Origin: Nitrospinaceae bacterium
GTDB lineage: Bacteria > Nitrospinota > Nitrospinia > Nitrospinales > VA-1
DNA length: 64,000 bases
Assembly (NCBI GenBank): GCA_046754465.1
Contig: JBHHVU010000009.1
Span: 17,735 to 81,734 of the forward strand
Direction of reading: 5' to 3'
Both the position numbers and the translations under genes were made by a program. The notes under the pieces were generated by a model. The model was given only the letters and a program-made list of their open reading frames with translations, made no database searches and was not told where the DNA came from. Position 1 is the stretch's first letter; each line of letters begins with the position of its first letter. Positions 30,228 to 39,650 of the stretch are shown piece after piece.

Positions 30228-30382
30228 AACAAAGTTCCCGTTTGTTGAAAGATAAAAGGGACGCTGGAGAAAATCATTGAATTCTCCGTTTCGTCCCTTT
30301 TATCATTTCAGGGTCCCTGTCGGCCGGAGGCTGCCCGCAGGGACCCCGCCCGAAAATTATCTTTCTTCCATCCCGGCAGGGC

Positions 30383-31006
30383 TTACCATAACAGGCTGCG
30401 CCCAAACAAACTGCGGCTGGCCCCGCTCAATCCGCCGACCACGGCACCGATCGCCGCTCCATCACCGGGACTGCCCACCACGGCACCGATCGCCGCACCC
30501 GCCGCCGCTCCCAAGGCGCCTCCAAGCAGGGTTCCCGTTACGGGATCATTCCCCCCATAACTTCCACCCTGTTGGTAGTACTGGGGCTGTGGATAAGGCG
30601 CGGGGGAACTGTACACGACCGGGGGCTGATAAACCGTCCGGGGAGCCTCGTAGGGTCTCGGTGCCTCATAATTGTATTCCCATTCCTCATAGTAAGACCC
30701 GTCAGGATTGGAACGGGTATACCCCTTGCCGTGATAACTCCCCTGACCATAGGGTGGGTGATATTCCCTATAGGGGTGATGGTGACGATAACCCCTGGCG
30801 TGATCATATTGAGGAGACCGGTAAGTTCGGTACGTATGTGAATATACGTGGGTTTCTTCCGGACAATCATAGTTGGTAGTGACCACATGACGGTTCCCCT
30901 GGTAACCGTTATAATAATTTCCGGTATTTCTCGGGTCAGCCTGCGCATAGGGACTCAAAAACAGAACCAGCAACCCGCTCAGTAATAATACTTTTGAACT
31001 TTTCAT
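30383..31006 (-). CDS. Exported Tyr/His/Pro-rich protein with C-terminal glycine zipper
   Basis: GGAGG RBS, signal peptide ending AQA, low-complexity Y/H/P segment, GGALGAAAGAAIGA...GAAIGAVVGG. Confidence 0.85.
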   Translation of the reverse strand: MKSSKVLLLSGLLVLFLSPYAQADPRNTGNYYNGYQGNRHVVTTNYDCPEETHVYSHTYRTYRSPQYDHARGYRHHHPYREYHPPYGQGSYHGKGYTRSNPDGSYYEEWEYNYEAPRPYEAPRTVYQPPVVYSSPAPYPQPQYYQQGGSYGGNDPVTGTLLGGALGAAAGAAIGAVVGSPGDGAAIGAVVGGLSGASRSLFGRSLLW

Positions 31007-31070
31007 GACCACACCTCCGAGTTTAGGGAATCTCAACCCAATCCAGGCAAATAATTCCTTCACACTTGTG

Positions 31071-31099
31071 ATAATATATGCATACAATTTTAATGTCAA
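31071..31099 (-). promoter_or_regulatory. sigma70 promoter for the glycine-zipper gene
   Basis: TTGACA-N17-TATTAT on the minus strand within an AT-rich tract. Confidence 0.7.
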
Positions 31100-31315
31100 T
31101 ATCTTTTTTAAATTTATATAAAATTTCTTACACAGTTGTGTCGGGGTTGGGAGGGAAAAATAACAACGAAGGGGAGAAAATCAGGAAAATTAAAAAAAAC
31201 AGGGGGATCTCCGGGTTTTCAACCGAATCACCTTATTGATATTTAATCTAATAGGACCAATCTGGGGAATCCTGGGGACCCTCTATGGTAAAACGTGGAA
31301 CGGCTATGGGGAGAT

Positions 31316-31753
31316 TCATCCTTCCAGAATAAAGGTGACGGGACCGTCGTTGATGAGCTCCACCTGCATTTCGGCGCCGAATTTTCCTGTGCCCACCCGC
31401 AAGCCGGACGACGTAAGTTTTTCAATATAGCGGTGATAAAGGGATTCGGCCTCCTCCGGCGGCGCCGCCCGGTCGAATCCTGGACGGCGGCCCTTGGTGC
31501 AGTCTCCCGCGAGCGTAAACTGGGAGACGGTCACAATATCCCCTCCAACATCCTTGCAGGATAGATTCATTTTTCCCCGATGATCGGGGAAAATGCGCAG
31601 ATGAAGGGTTTTTTCAACGAGGGCATCGACGCTGGCGGCGGCATCCCCTTTTTCCGCCCCGAAGAGGACCAACAGCCCCTTTCCAATGCGGGCGATTTCC
31701 CGTCCTTCCACGCGCACCGAGGCGCTGGTGACTCTCTGTAAAACCAGTTTCAT
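31316..31753 (-). CDS. dtd: D-aminoacyl-tRNA deacylase
   Basis: VLQRV, SQFTL, GRRPGF, NDGPVT. Confidence 0.96.
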   Translation of the reverse strand: MKLVLQRVTSASVRVEGREIARIGKGLLVLFGAEKGDAAASVDALVEKTLHLRIFPDHRGKMNLSCKDVGGDIVTVSQFTLAGDCTKGRRPGFDRAAPPEEAESLYHRYIEKLTSSGLRVGTGKFGAEMQVELINDGPVTFILEG

Positions 31754-31789
31754 GGGTGAAAGATTCGAGTTTCCGGATCGACGTGAATT

Positions 31790-31966
31790 TTACCGGGCGG
31801 TGAAAAACCGGGAGCTGGTTCCTTCGGGGCCTATAAGGATTTCAACTTTTCGGAAACACCGGGGGCAGCGCCCCTCATAGGCGTTGTTGTCCTTATTAAG
31901 GTAGACTCTCCGGTAAATGTTACAACATTCGAAGAGAATACCGAGGAATTTCTTCTTCTGCCGCAT
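31790..31966 (-). CDS. Small Cys-rich putative zinc-ribbon protein
   Basis: FECCNIY...GRCPRC; sits between co-oriented genes; alternative start at 31981. Confidence 0.7.
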   Translation of the reverse strand: MRQKKKFLGILFECCNIYRRVYLNKDNNAYEGRCPRCFRKVEILIGPEGTSSRFFTAR

Positions 31967-32015
31967 CCTTCCCCCATTCAATGGATTTTAAAACCCCCGG
32001 TCTTGACCTCAATTG

Positions 32016-32915
32016 TCATTTAAGTGAATCCAGCGCCTTGATTTTGGCTTCCTTGAAATATTGATGAGGAATATGCATGGCCTTGGTGATTTTGCGGATT
32101 TGTTCGGACTCCTCAAACGATATGTTTCCGTCGGCCGTGGCGATGGCGAAAAAGCAGTCGATCAGCTGGAGCCGTTCGTTAAAACTGAACCTCTGGTTGA
32201 ACTGGGTGATCACTTCATGAAAATCGAATCCCTGCCGTTCCTGCTCCTCGACCACCTCAAAAAGGGTGTCCGATTCCGCCCCATGAAACCCGAACCGGCC
32301 GGCGAGGATTTTTTTCAGGTCCTTTTTTTCGGCTTCATCAAAATGACCGTCCACATGCGCCACCGAAGCGAGCAGGGTGCCCAAAAGGCAGATGTCATAG
32401 ATCCGGTCCTCGGGCAGGTTTATTTTATGGCCAAGTTTAGCGCTCTTCAATTCAATTTTTTTGAATATTTTTCTTTTGAAATATCTTTCCAGGTCGGGGT
32501 CCATATCACGCGCGGCAGTGAAAAGCGTCCGTTGCAGGAAATTGCGGATTTTCCCGAGCGACCGGGTGGTGAAGGAGGATTCCTTCAGCCAGGCCGCGAA
32601 CTGTTCCACCAGGGCCAATTCCCGGGCGTCTTTTTTCCGGTTGGTTTCGGCCAGGGTTTCCAGGGCTTGCAGGATCTCCTGTTTCTCTTCCATGGAGGAC
32701 AACTCGGCAATCAACTGACGGAACAATGCCTCCTGCGCCTCCTTGGGCAAGGGAGCTTCCAGATAGGGCTTCAATTCCCGCAATTGTTCCGGATCCAGGT
32801 TGAATTCGCGGATGAACGATTTGAGGAGATTGAGTTCGGAATGGGTCATCTGCCCATCGGCCCACGCGACGGCGGTCATCACTTTCAGGAATGTCAGCTT
32901 TTTAAAATAGGACAT
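32016..32915 (-). CDS. TerB-family protein with tandem TerB domains
   Basis: AWADGQMTHSE, AHVDGHFDEAE, ATADGNISFEE motifs. Confidence 0.85.
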   Translation of the reverse strand: MSYFKKLTFLKVMTAVAWADGQMTHSELNLLKSFIREFNLDPEQLRELKPYLEAPLPKEAQEALFRQLIAELSSMEEKQEILQALETLAETNRKKDARELALVEQFAAWLKESSFTTRSLGKIRNFLQRTLFTAARDMDPDLERYFKRKIFKKIELKSAKLGHKINLPEDRIYDICLLGTLLASVAHVDGHFDEAEKKDLKKILAGRFGFHGAESDTLFEVVEEQERQGFDFHEVITQFNQRFSFNERLQLIDCFFAIATADGNISFEESEQIRKITKAMHIPHQYFKEAKIKALDSLK

Positions 32916-32942
32916 AAGCAGGTTTCAGTAAAAAGAGGTTTT

Positions 32943-34241
32943 TCATTCAAACCGATTCAACCACAATCGTCCGGTCCGGTCTTTCATGTGTATGCCGAAA
33001 ATATCGAGATACCCGTCGTCATTGATATCCCCGAAGGTCATTTCCTTGAAAGACCGGGAAGGGGGAAGCCGTTTGACGGTTTCCTCGGAAAAGGTCCACT
33101 TCCCCCTCCCCTGCAAATAGTAGACTCCCCTTTGACTCAGAATCAGGATATCGGGAAGTCCGTTGGCGTTGGCGTCCAGCAAATAAACGCGGGATACGGG
33201 ATGGTGCGGAAGCATTTTGTGCGAACGTTTTTTAAACCGGCCGCCGCCCACATTTTCCAGGAAATAAGAGGTCTCCCCGGGGTAGGCCCGGTATTTTTCC
33301 CCGAGCGCCCGGTTGACAACCAACAGGTCGTTGTCGCCGTCCCCGTCAAAATCCGCCCAATCCGCGTGGGCGCTTGAATCCTTTATCCGGGGGAGCATCC
33401 TTTGCGTCTGGTCGCTGAATTTACCCAACCCATTGTTGATCAGCAGCCGGTTCTGCCCGTTTCCGTAAACGAGGAAAACATCGCGGATTCCATCCCCATC
33501 ATAATCGGCCAAGGAGGTTCCCACGATTCCCGGCGGTAACCTTGGCAACAGGAGCCTCGTCAGGTCCTGAAATTCACCCGCCGCATCATTGATCAGAATC
33601 CTGGCCTGGTATTTATCGGAACGGTGTTCGGAACTGAGAACGCGGGACCCGGTAAAGAACATATCGAGATCCCGGTCGTTGTCGATATCAGCCAGGTCCA
33701 CCCGGTCCATTCCAGGATGAACCGCGGGAAACACCTGATCGGCCGATTTATAATAATACCCTTTCTTATTGTTGAGCAACAATAGGGCGGATGTTCCCGC
33801 GGCAATGTCTCCGACGATAATGAGGTCGTCCGCCCGGTCCCCGTTGATATCGCCCACGGCGAAGGAGCGGATGCTCTGGCCCGCGTTATCGGCCCATTTT
33901 CCGTCCTTTCTAAAAGCAAATTTCCCTTTCCCCTGATTCACCAGCAGAAGGATTCTCGAACGTCCCTTCCTGTTCAACACATGCAGGACCAGATCCCTTG
34001 CAGGAGCCTGATCGACCCAGGCAAAGGCCGCGCCCTGAATGAATCCGGGCAGGGAGGGCAGAAATTTGTTGGTGACATCCAGATAGTGCTGGAGCTGAGG
34101 ATTCTTTGCCATCAACCGCTTCTGACTGCAACCCAGGGGCACGCAGAAAAGCACCAGCGTCAACCACAACACCGCAAGGGGAAGGATGGGACGCGCCGCC
34201 GGGAAAGGTCGAACAATCGCGGCCGCGCCATGTTCTTTCAT
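32943..34241 (-). CDS. FG-GAP/VCBS repeat beta-propeller lipoprotein
   Basis: Repeated DxDxDG Ca-binding loops (GDINGDRADD, ADIDNDRDLD, ADYDGDG, ADFDGDGDND, GDINDDG); lipobox-like LGC; start uncertain (34241-34307). Confidence 0.85.
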   Translation of the reverse strand: MKEHGAAAIVRPFPAARPILPLAVLWLTLVLFCVPLGCSQKRLMAKNPQLQHYLDVTNKFLPSLPGFIQGAAFAWVDQAPARDLVLHVLNRKGRSRILLLVNQGKGKFAFRKDGKWADNAGQSIRSFAVGDINGDRADDLIIVGDIAAGTSALLLLNNKKGYYYKSADQVFPAVHPGMDRVDLADIDNDRDLDMFFTGSRVLSSEHRSDKYQARILINDAAGEFQDLTRLLLPRLPPGIVGTSLADYDGDGIRDVFLVYGNGQNRLLINNGLGKFSDQTQRMLPRIKDSSAHADWADFDGDGDNDLLVVNRALGEKYRAYPGETSYFLENVGGGRFKKRSHKMLPHHPVSRVYLLDANANGLPDILILSQRGVYYLQGRGKWTFSEETVKRLPPSRSFKEMTFGDINDDGYLDIFGIHMKDRTGRLWLNRFE

Positions 34242-34461
34242 GACAGGAGATCCAATGGAAAAATAGTTTGAAGGATGAGAACGGAATCTTTTTCCGCACA
34301 AGGTCATTTCTTCTCAACATATTTCATCTTTCAGGTTTTATCAACCCGGAAGACTAGCGCCCGATATCATTTTTGGGACTCATGACGGATTCATACCTTC
34401 CCCGCCGGGATCCCCATTTTTTGACGGAGTCCGGGTTTCCACCGCCCCCCGGGCCGTTGGG

Positions 34462-35283
34462 TCACGGTGGCCACCCTTTTGAAGAATTTCCCTGTTTAAG
34501 ATACTGGTCGCGTAATTTGGACTCATAAGATGTGAGGGATCCGGTTTCCCAGTTCGCGGGAAAAGCTTCCTGGAACCCAATGCGAAACGCCCGGGCCGCC
34601 TCTTCGAATCCGGCTTCCTCCCCGCAAAGTTCGTGCAGGGTGGTGACCCGGCGTTTCAGGACTTCGAGACTTTTTCCGCGATGGGGGTCTCCCTGAAACA
34701 AAAACAGGGAGTTCATCCGCTCACGGTCACAGTCGATCAACAGGGAGCCGTGTTGAAGGAAAGAGCGGCGGTTGCGGCGTTGCGCGCTGCCGACCAGTTT
34801 TTTATGGTCCACGGCAATTTCATAATGGTTCAATGATGAAAAGCACGCAGGCGACCGGATCGGCTGGGAGGAAGGAGACGCATGGCGGCCTCCGGCCATC
34901 ACCGCGTTCCAAATTCCCAACTGCTTCAGGGACGCCAGAATTGCTTCTGAAACCACCCGGCAGGACTCACGAAGGCCGGAAGGAAACCTTGGATGCGGAA
35001 TGGGGGCAACCAGGCTGTAGGTGAGTTCCCGGTCGTGCAGGAGAGCCCGTCCCCCCGTGGGCCGGCAAATCACCGGAATACCCAGAAGGCGGCAGCGGTC
35101 CTGGTCCACGTCCCGGAACGGATTCTGGGAATACCCCACCGTCAGGGTGGGCCGTTCCCATCCGTACAAACGCAGGGTGGGCGGCGCCTTGCCTTCCCCA
35201 CAAGCAGCGAGGATGGCCCGGTCGGTGGCCATGTTCCAATGCCCCTCGCGGCGTCCCTCTTCAATCAACCGCCATGTTTCCAT
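34462..35283 (-). CDS. Lipoate-protein ligase A / octanoyltransferase (LipM-like)
   Basis: NMATD, TLRLYGW, RPTGGRALLHD, KKLVGSAQ, LQHGS. Confidence 0.9.
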   Translation of the reverse strand: METWRLIEEGRREGHWNMATDRAILAACGEGKAPPTLRLYGWERPTLTVGYSQNPFRDVDQDRCRLLGIPVICRPTGGRALLHDRELTYSLVAPIPHPRFPSGLRESCRVVSEAILASLKQLGIWNAVMAGGRHASPSSQPIRSPACFSSLNHYEIAVDHKKLVGSAQRRNRRSFLQHGSLLIDCDRERMNSLFLFQGDPHRGKSLEVLKRRVTTLHELCGEEAGFEEAARAFRIGFQEAFPANWETGSLTSYESKLRDQYLKQGNSSKGWPP

Positions 35284-35442
35284 CCTGGTCCTGACTGGAG
35301 CAAACCGCTGGAGGGTCCGGGAAACCGGGCGGATTTTATTTTGACTCCTCCAGGGTCATCCTTTAATATCAACGAATGCACGTCCTCAGACCGCATTCAA
35401 TCCCGGCCAGAACGAATTTGTTCCTCTTTTCCCGGACGAACC

Positions 35443-36525
35443 ATGAAAGTTTTCTTTTCACCCGCGCTGAAAGCCGCCGCGTTTGCGGTGGGGATTCTGT
35501 TTTGGGCCGCGGCGCCATGCGGGTCGGCGGAGGCTTTTGAAAAATTCCTCCCCGAATCCCCTATCTTAAAATGCCAGACTGCCTGCCACAAGGCTGAAAA
35601 TATCGCTCATGCCCATCGGGATAAATCGGTGGCCGCGGAATGCAGGGATTGTCATGCCGCGCCTTCCGCTGCCAGCGCCCGGTCCCCGTTTCGCCCTCCA
35701 GGAAAAATGCGTTTGATCAACGCAGGCAGTTCTCCGCAATTCCTCGAGTCGATTTACAAGGGTTTCATCTCGGCGCCTCCCCCGGGAAACCGAAAATCCA
35801 AAAATCCGTCTCCGGCCAAAAAGAAAAAATCCAAGGGTCCACAAAAATACCCCAAAATGGTTCTGGTCCCGGCGGGTGAGTTTATCATGGGTTCCAACGA
35901 ACGATGGGATGACGAGGCGCCGGAGTTCATCGCCTCCACTGGCGCATTTTATATCGATTTATACGAGGTCACGAACGAGGATTATAAAAAGTTCGTGGAC
36001 GCGGCGAAGCGGACCCCTCCCTACCATTGGCCCGGCGGAAAGATCCCCCGGGGCAAGGAAAAACATCCCGTGGTTTACGTGAACTGGTTCGACGCGAGAG
36101 ACTACTGCCAATGGGCCGGGAAACGTTTACCCACTGAAGAGGAATGGGAAAAAGCCGCCCGCGGGGAGGACGGAAACATTTATCCATGGGGAAATGTTTG
36201 GACTTTGGATAAATCCAACAATCCTTACAAACATTCCACGGGAACGGAACCGGTCGGATCGTATCCGGAAGGAAGAAGCCCCTACGGATTGTATGATATG
36301 TCGGGCAATGTCTGGGAATGGGTCGACAGCTTCTATCTTCCGCACCCGGGAAACATCGTTCAGCGGGCGGAATACGGGAGGGACAAACGGGTTTTAAAAG
36401 GGGGCTCCTGGTTTGACTGTCTCTCGTACGGATGCGGATTGAGCGCACCAACTTTCAATCGATCCTTTTTCACCCCGGAAGTGCGCAACAACAGTTTCGG
36501 GTTCCGGTGCGCTAAATCCCCCTGA
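35443..36525 (+). CDS. Exported FGE/SUMF1-domain protein with N-terminal c-type heme motifs
   Basis: Signal peptide; CQTACH and CRDCH; RLPTEEEWEKAARG, YDMSGNVWEW, GGSW, GFRC. Start reset to ATG 35443. Confidence 0.88.
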   Translation: MKVFFSPALKAAAFAVGILFWAAAPCGSAEAFEKFLPESPILKCQTACHKAENIAHAHRDKSVAAECRDCHAAPSAASARSPFRPPGKMRLINAGSSPQFLESIYKGFISAPPPGNRKSKNPSPAKKKKSKGPQKYPKMVLVPAGEFIMGSNERWDDEAPEFIASTGAFYIDLYEVTNEDYKKFVDAAKRTPPYHWPGGKIPRGKEKHPVVYVNWFDARDYCQWAGKRLPTEEEWEKAARGEDGNIYPWGNVWTLDKSNNPYKHSTGTEPVGSYPEGRSPYGLYDMSGNVWEWVDSFYLPHPGNIVQRAEYGRDKRVLKGGSWFDCLSYGCGLSAPTFNRSFFTPEVRNNSFGFRCAKSP

Positions 36526-36647
36526 CTCCCAGGCCGAGAGGATCCCAAGGGGGAATGCGGGGAGAGGACAGAAACCCCAAAAATGTTTCCTGCCGCCCAG
36601 CGTGCGCTGGGGTCATCCGGGCAGGACAAGGATAAAATACTTGTGGG

Positions 36648-36851
36648 GTGGTGAGGGTGCCGAATCAGGCCTCGGGAAATTCAAACGAACCAAGGGTCAG
36701 CCGGATACGGAAACTCCTTATCTGGATTTTCATCTTAGGGTTTTGGTTATTTTTCTACTGGTACCGGGTACCCGACACCCCTCCTCCCACCACCACCCCG
36801 CTTCCCATGGAAAACCCAGATCGGGATTCGCCCGCATCTCCCGAAAAATAA
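36648..36851 (+). CDS. Small single-pass membrane protein with Pro-rich tail
   Basis: RIRK followed by LLIWIFILGFWLFFYWY and PDTPPPTTTPLP. Confidence 0.5.
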   Translation: MVRVPNQASGNSNEPRVSRIRKLLIWIFILGFWLFFYWYRVPDTPPPTTTPLPMENPDRDSPASPEK

Positions 36852-36898
36852 TGCCGCGTTCATCCCTGGAAAAAAGCGGGAATGACCCGGCCGCGGGA

Positions 36899-37681
36899 TC
36901 ACCAGTGCTGATACCGGTGCCGGTTGACATTTTCGTTTCCCCGCAGCAAATCCAGGGCTTCCCCGCCAGGCCGCAGCATCAATTGGGTCTTTCCGTTTTC
37001 AGAAAAGCGCAAAAGCGTTTCGGGAATCTTTTTAACTGGGACGTTTTTTTTCGTTGGCAGGATTTTTTGCGGTTCCGGTTCGCGGGAAGAGTTTCGTCCC
37101 CACGCGCTTTTCAAAGGATGAAAAATTAATTCCCTTGAACTTCTTACCTGGCTCAATCCCCTGTCGAGATGGCCGGGAGAGGGAATCACCTTTTTATGGG
37201 GATAGGGTTTTCTAAAATGCCGGGTAAAGTCAAAATAAAGTTTATTCCGGCCATGGGACTCAAATCCCCGAATTTCAAATCCCCGTCCGGCGAACACAAG
37301 AGGTTTGTCCCTCACGGTAACGGTTTTGAGTGCGGCCGAGTGGGACTTTCGGGGAGGCCGGCCCATGTTCTCCTTTACATTCCGGTTCCAGATTTTCGTC
37401 GCTTTCCCCCCGCCCTCCGGGTCATTTTTTGGGCGGGCCATCCCTGAACCGGAAAACTCTTGCGAATGAGACCGGACGGAAATTTTAAACAGTTCCTCCG
37501 CTTCTGGAACCGGCGGCGGAATTTCAAGCCGGAAATCGACGGGAAAAACCGGTCCGTCCACCTTCTCCACATTCCCGGCCTTCCCCTCCAGGGGAGGGAT
37601 GGCCATTAAAAAAAACAAAATCCAGACGCCCATTCCTTTTGGGAACAGGGGCTCCTTCTTTGATAAAATAGGATTCAGCAA
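36899..37681 (-). CDS. Hypothetical basic protein, possibly exported
   Basis: 260 aa ORF with a hydrophobic N-terminal segment and no recognisable motif. Confidence 0.4.
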   Translation of the reverse strand: MLNPILSKKEPLFPKGMGVWILFFLMAIPPLEGKAGNVEKVDGPVFPVDFRLEIPPPVPEAEELFKISVRSHSQEFSGSGMARPKNDPEGGGKATKIWNRNVKENMGRPPRKSHSAALKTVTVRDKPLVFAGRGFEIRGFESHGRNKLYFDFTRHFRKPYPHKKVIPSPGHLDRGLSQVRSSRELIFHPLKSAWGRNSSREPEPQKILPTKKNVPVKKIPETLLRFSENGKTQLMLRPGGEALDLLRGNENVNRHRYQHW

Positions 37682-37844
37682 AATTTTCCTCGTTCAGGGA
37701 TTGAAAAAGAAAGATTCCCGGTTTTTGCTCTGGCTCGGAAGAGATCATCCGGCGCGCGGTCCGCAACCGCCAGTTTTTTCGCCACCGCCTGTTTTTTGAC
37801 GCACCCCGAAAACAACAAATCCTTAAGTTCCAATATGTTAGCAT

Positions 37845-37860
37845 TGGCACGAGGATTGCT
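37845..37860 (+). promoter_or_regulatory. sigma54 (-24/-12) promoter
   Basis: TGGCAC-GAGGA-TTGCT matches the consensus TGGCAC-N5-TTGCW, about 100 nt upstream of ORF 37959. Confidence 0.75.
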
Positions 37861-37958
37861 CAACAGTTTTCTATTCCATTCAGGGTGTCATTGAGGGTAT
37901 TATTTATGAACCGCAACCCCTAGTCAGATATAACCCGGGTGTTATCGGGAGGTTTCAG

Positions 37959-38252
37959 GTGGAAAAACATTTCAGGTCGTTTCTCGATCCGAAAATGCTC
38001 CGCTTCCTGGAAAGGAAAATGCGGGCCGGAGAGATTTCTCCGGAGGAATGTAAAGAGGTACTGAAAGAAATGATGCTCCGTGCCCACCGCGTGCAACAGG
38101 CCGAGCTTGCGAGCAACAAGTGGAAGACCTGGGCGGATGGATTTCGGTCCAAATTAATCGCCGGTTTCGGCAAATTTCTGACCAAGCCTCCCTCGGAACC
38201 CAGCCTGGGAATGGAAGAACTATCCGGCACCATCCGTTCCCGGCGGTTATAA
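37959..38252 (+). CDS. Hypothetical 97-aa helical protein
   Basis: GGGAGG RBS before GTG; downstream of the sigma54 site. Confidence 0.65.
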   Translation: MEKHFRSFLDPKMLRFLERKMRAGEISPEECKEVLKEMMLRAHRVQQAELASNKWKTWADGFRSKLIAGFGKFLTKPPSEPSLGMEELSGTIRSRRL

Positions 38253-38279
38253 AAAAATCGAACGGCCCAGTAAGCAATT

Positions 38280-39209
38280 TCACGGGTTGGGCGATCCCCC
38301 AATTTCCCATTCATTGAGGATGCTGGTATCGCGCGGTCCTTCCGCCTCCCAGTCCATTTTTACCACAATGCCTTTTTTCACGGGAGTGCCTTCCAGGCAT
38401 TGAAGGCGATACAAATTCCCAGGCCTGCCCTTGGCGCATTTCATGAATTCCTGAAACAGGTTCTCCTCCTCCAGGCAAATATAATTATATTCACGGGAAG
38501 TGCTGATATATTTGGGGCTCTTTTTTTTGAGTTTTCCCAAATTCCAAGTTAAAAAATCAAACTGTTTTTTCAGGTTCGCGGGAACCCTGTTCTCTCCCTG
38601 CCGGAAAATGTACGCGTCCTTCCATTTTATTAAATACCGGCATTTGAAAACACACCGCGATTGACTGAAGTAATCCATCAGGCTTTTTTTTATTTCCGGC
38701 GGACCCTCCTTCAGGTCCTGAACCGTCTTCAGCAGGCGGTCGTCGCACGAACAATTCCGGTCCCACCGCTCTCGGTAGCAAAGCTGGTGGGCTTGGCAGG
38801 CCTTGTCCAAATCATCTACGGGCCGGGAACGTCCCCCCGTGGATGGGGGAATTTTGCCGCACCAGTTACCGTGCGTGGTCCATTTCATGAGAGGATTATT
38901 TTTTCCGGCGGGCGCCAGACTGTCCCGGTTCATTTCAAGAAATGAACCCTGGAATAAAGTCGTGTCAGGCAAATTCTTAAATTGTTCCAACACCTTTTCC
39001 CTGGAGAAATTTCCGTGCTTCTGATCTTCATCTGTAAAATCCAGGGGCAGAATTTCCAATTCCACGTTTTTTTCGGGCTTCAATGACGTCGGTTCAGTTC
39101 CCCATCTCTCGGAAGAACTTCCTGGAATAAAAGGAAACGCACAACTGGATATCGCCGTCATCCAAACTAAAAGGAAAAAGCTTCGACACGCTTCATACGA
39201 CATAACCAT
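38280..39209 (-). CDS. Phospholipase A2-like lipoprotein
   Basis: Lipobox ISSC; HGNWCG...PVDDLDKACQAHQLCY...CSCD, the secretory PLA2 pattern; GGGAGG RBS. Confidence 0.7.
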   Translation of the reverse strand: MVMSYEACRSFFLLVWMTAISSCAFPFIPGSSSERWGTEPTSLKPEKNVELEILPLDFTDEDQKHGNFSREKVLEQFKNLPDTTLFQGSFLEMNRDSLAPAGKNNPLMKWTTHGNWCGKIPPSTGGRSRPVDDLDKACQAHQLCYRERWDRNCSCDDRLLKTVQDLKEGPPEIKKSLMDYFSQSRCVFKCRYLIKWKDAYIFRQGENRVPANLKKQFDFLTWNLGKLKKKSPKYISTSREYNYICLEEENLFQEFMKCAKGRPGNLYRLQCLEGTPVKKGIVVKMDWEAEGPRDTSILNEWEIGGSPNP

Positions 39210-39650
39210 CCTCCCGCCGCGGACATTACAGAATGGAGTATCCCATGTTTAGATGGAGCGGATTATATCAAACAATTCGGTGAAATTGGCATTCCGAAAT
39301 CCAGGAGAGCAAATTATTCGAATGAGGATAAAACGGGTCCACGGAGGCGGGTTGATGAGCAAGAGTCATTCGCGGATACCTGCCCAGTACCTCCTTACAA
39401 AAAACCAGGCCCCGGATTTCGGGTTAATCTAAAGCCGATTCTTGCCGATATTTACAAAGATGTTTCAGCCAATGAAAACATTCCTTGAAAAACTCCATTT
39501 GATCCTTTTAAAAAAGGATTGTTATTCCAGAAACACCCTTGCCGAAACTCGTATCCCATTAACATGGAGAGGCTTTAAACATTAAATGACTCGCTGGCTC
39601 AAATTGACCGGAATTATTTTTTCGCTGGAGGTCATGCCCTGGACCATGCC

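Noticed and set aside
30310..30347. GGGTCCCTG...CAGGGACCC hairpin between convergent genes
   Set aside because: No adjacent U-tract on either strand and no second copy noticed, so not called as a terminator or REP.
34993..35442. 150-aa N-terminal extension of the FGE protein
   Set aside because: It overlaps the divergent lipoate ligase; the signal peptide starts at 35443.
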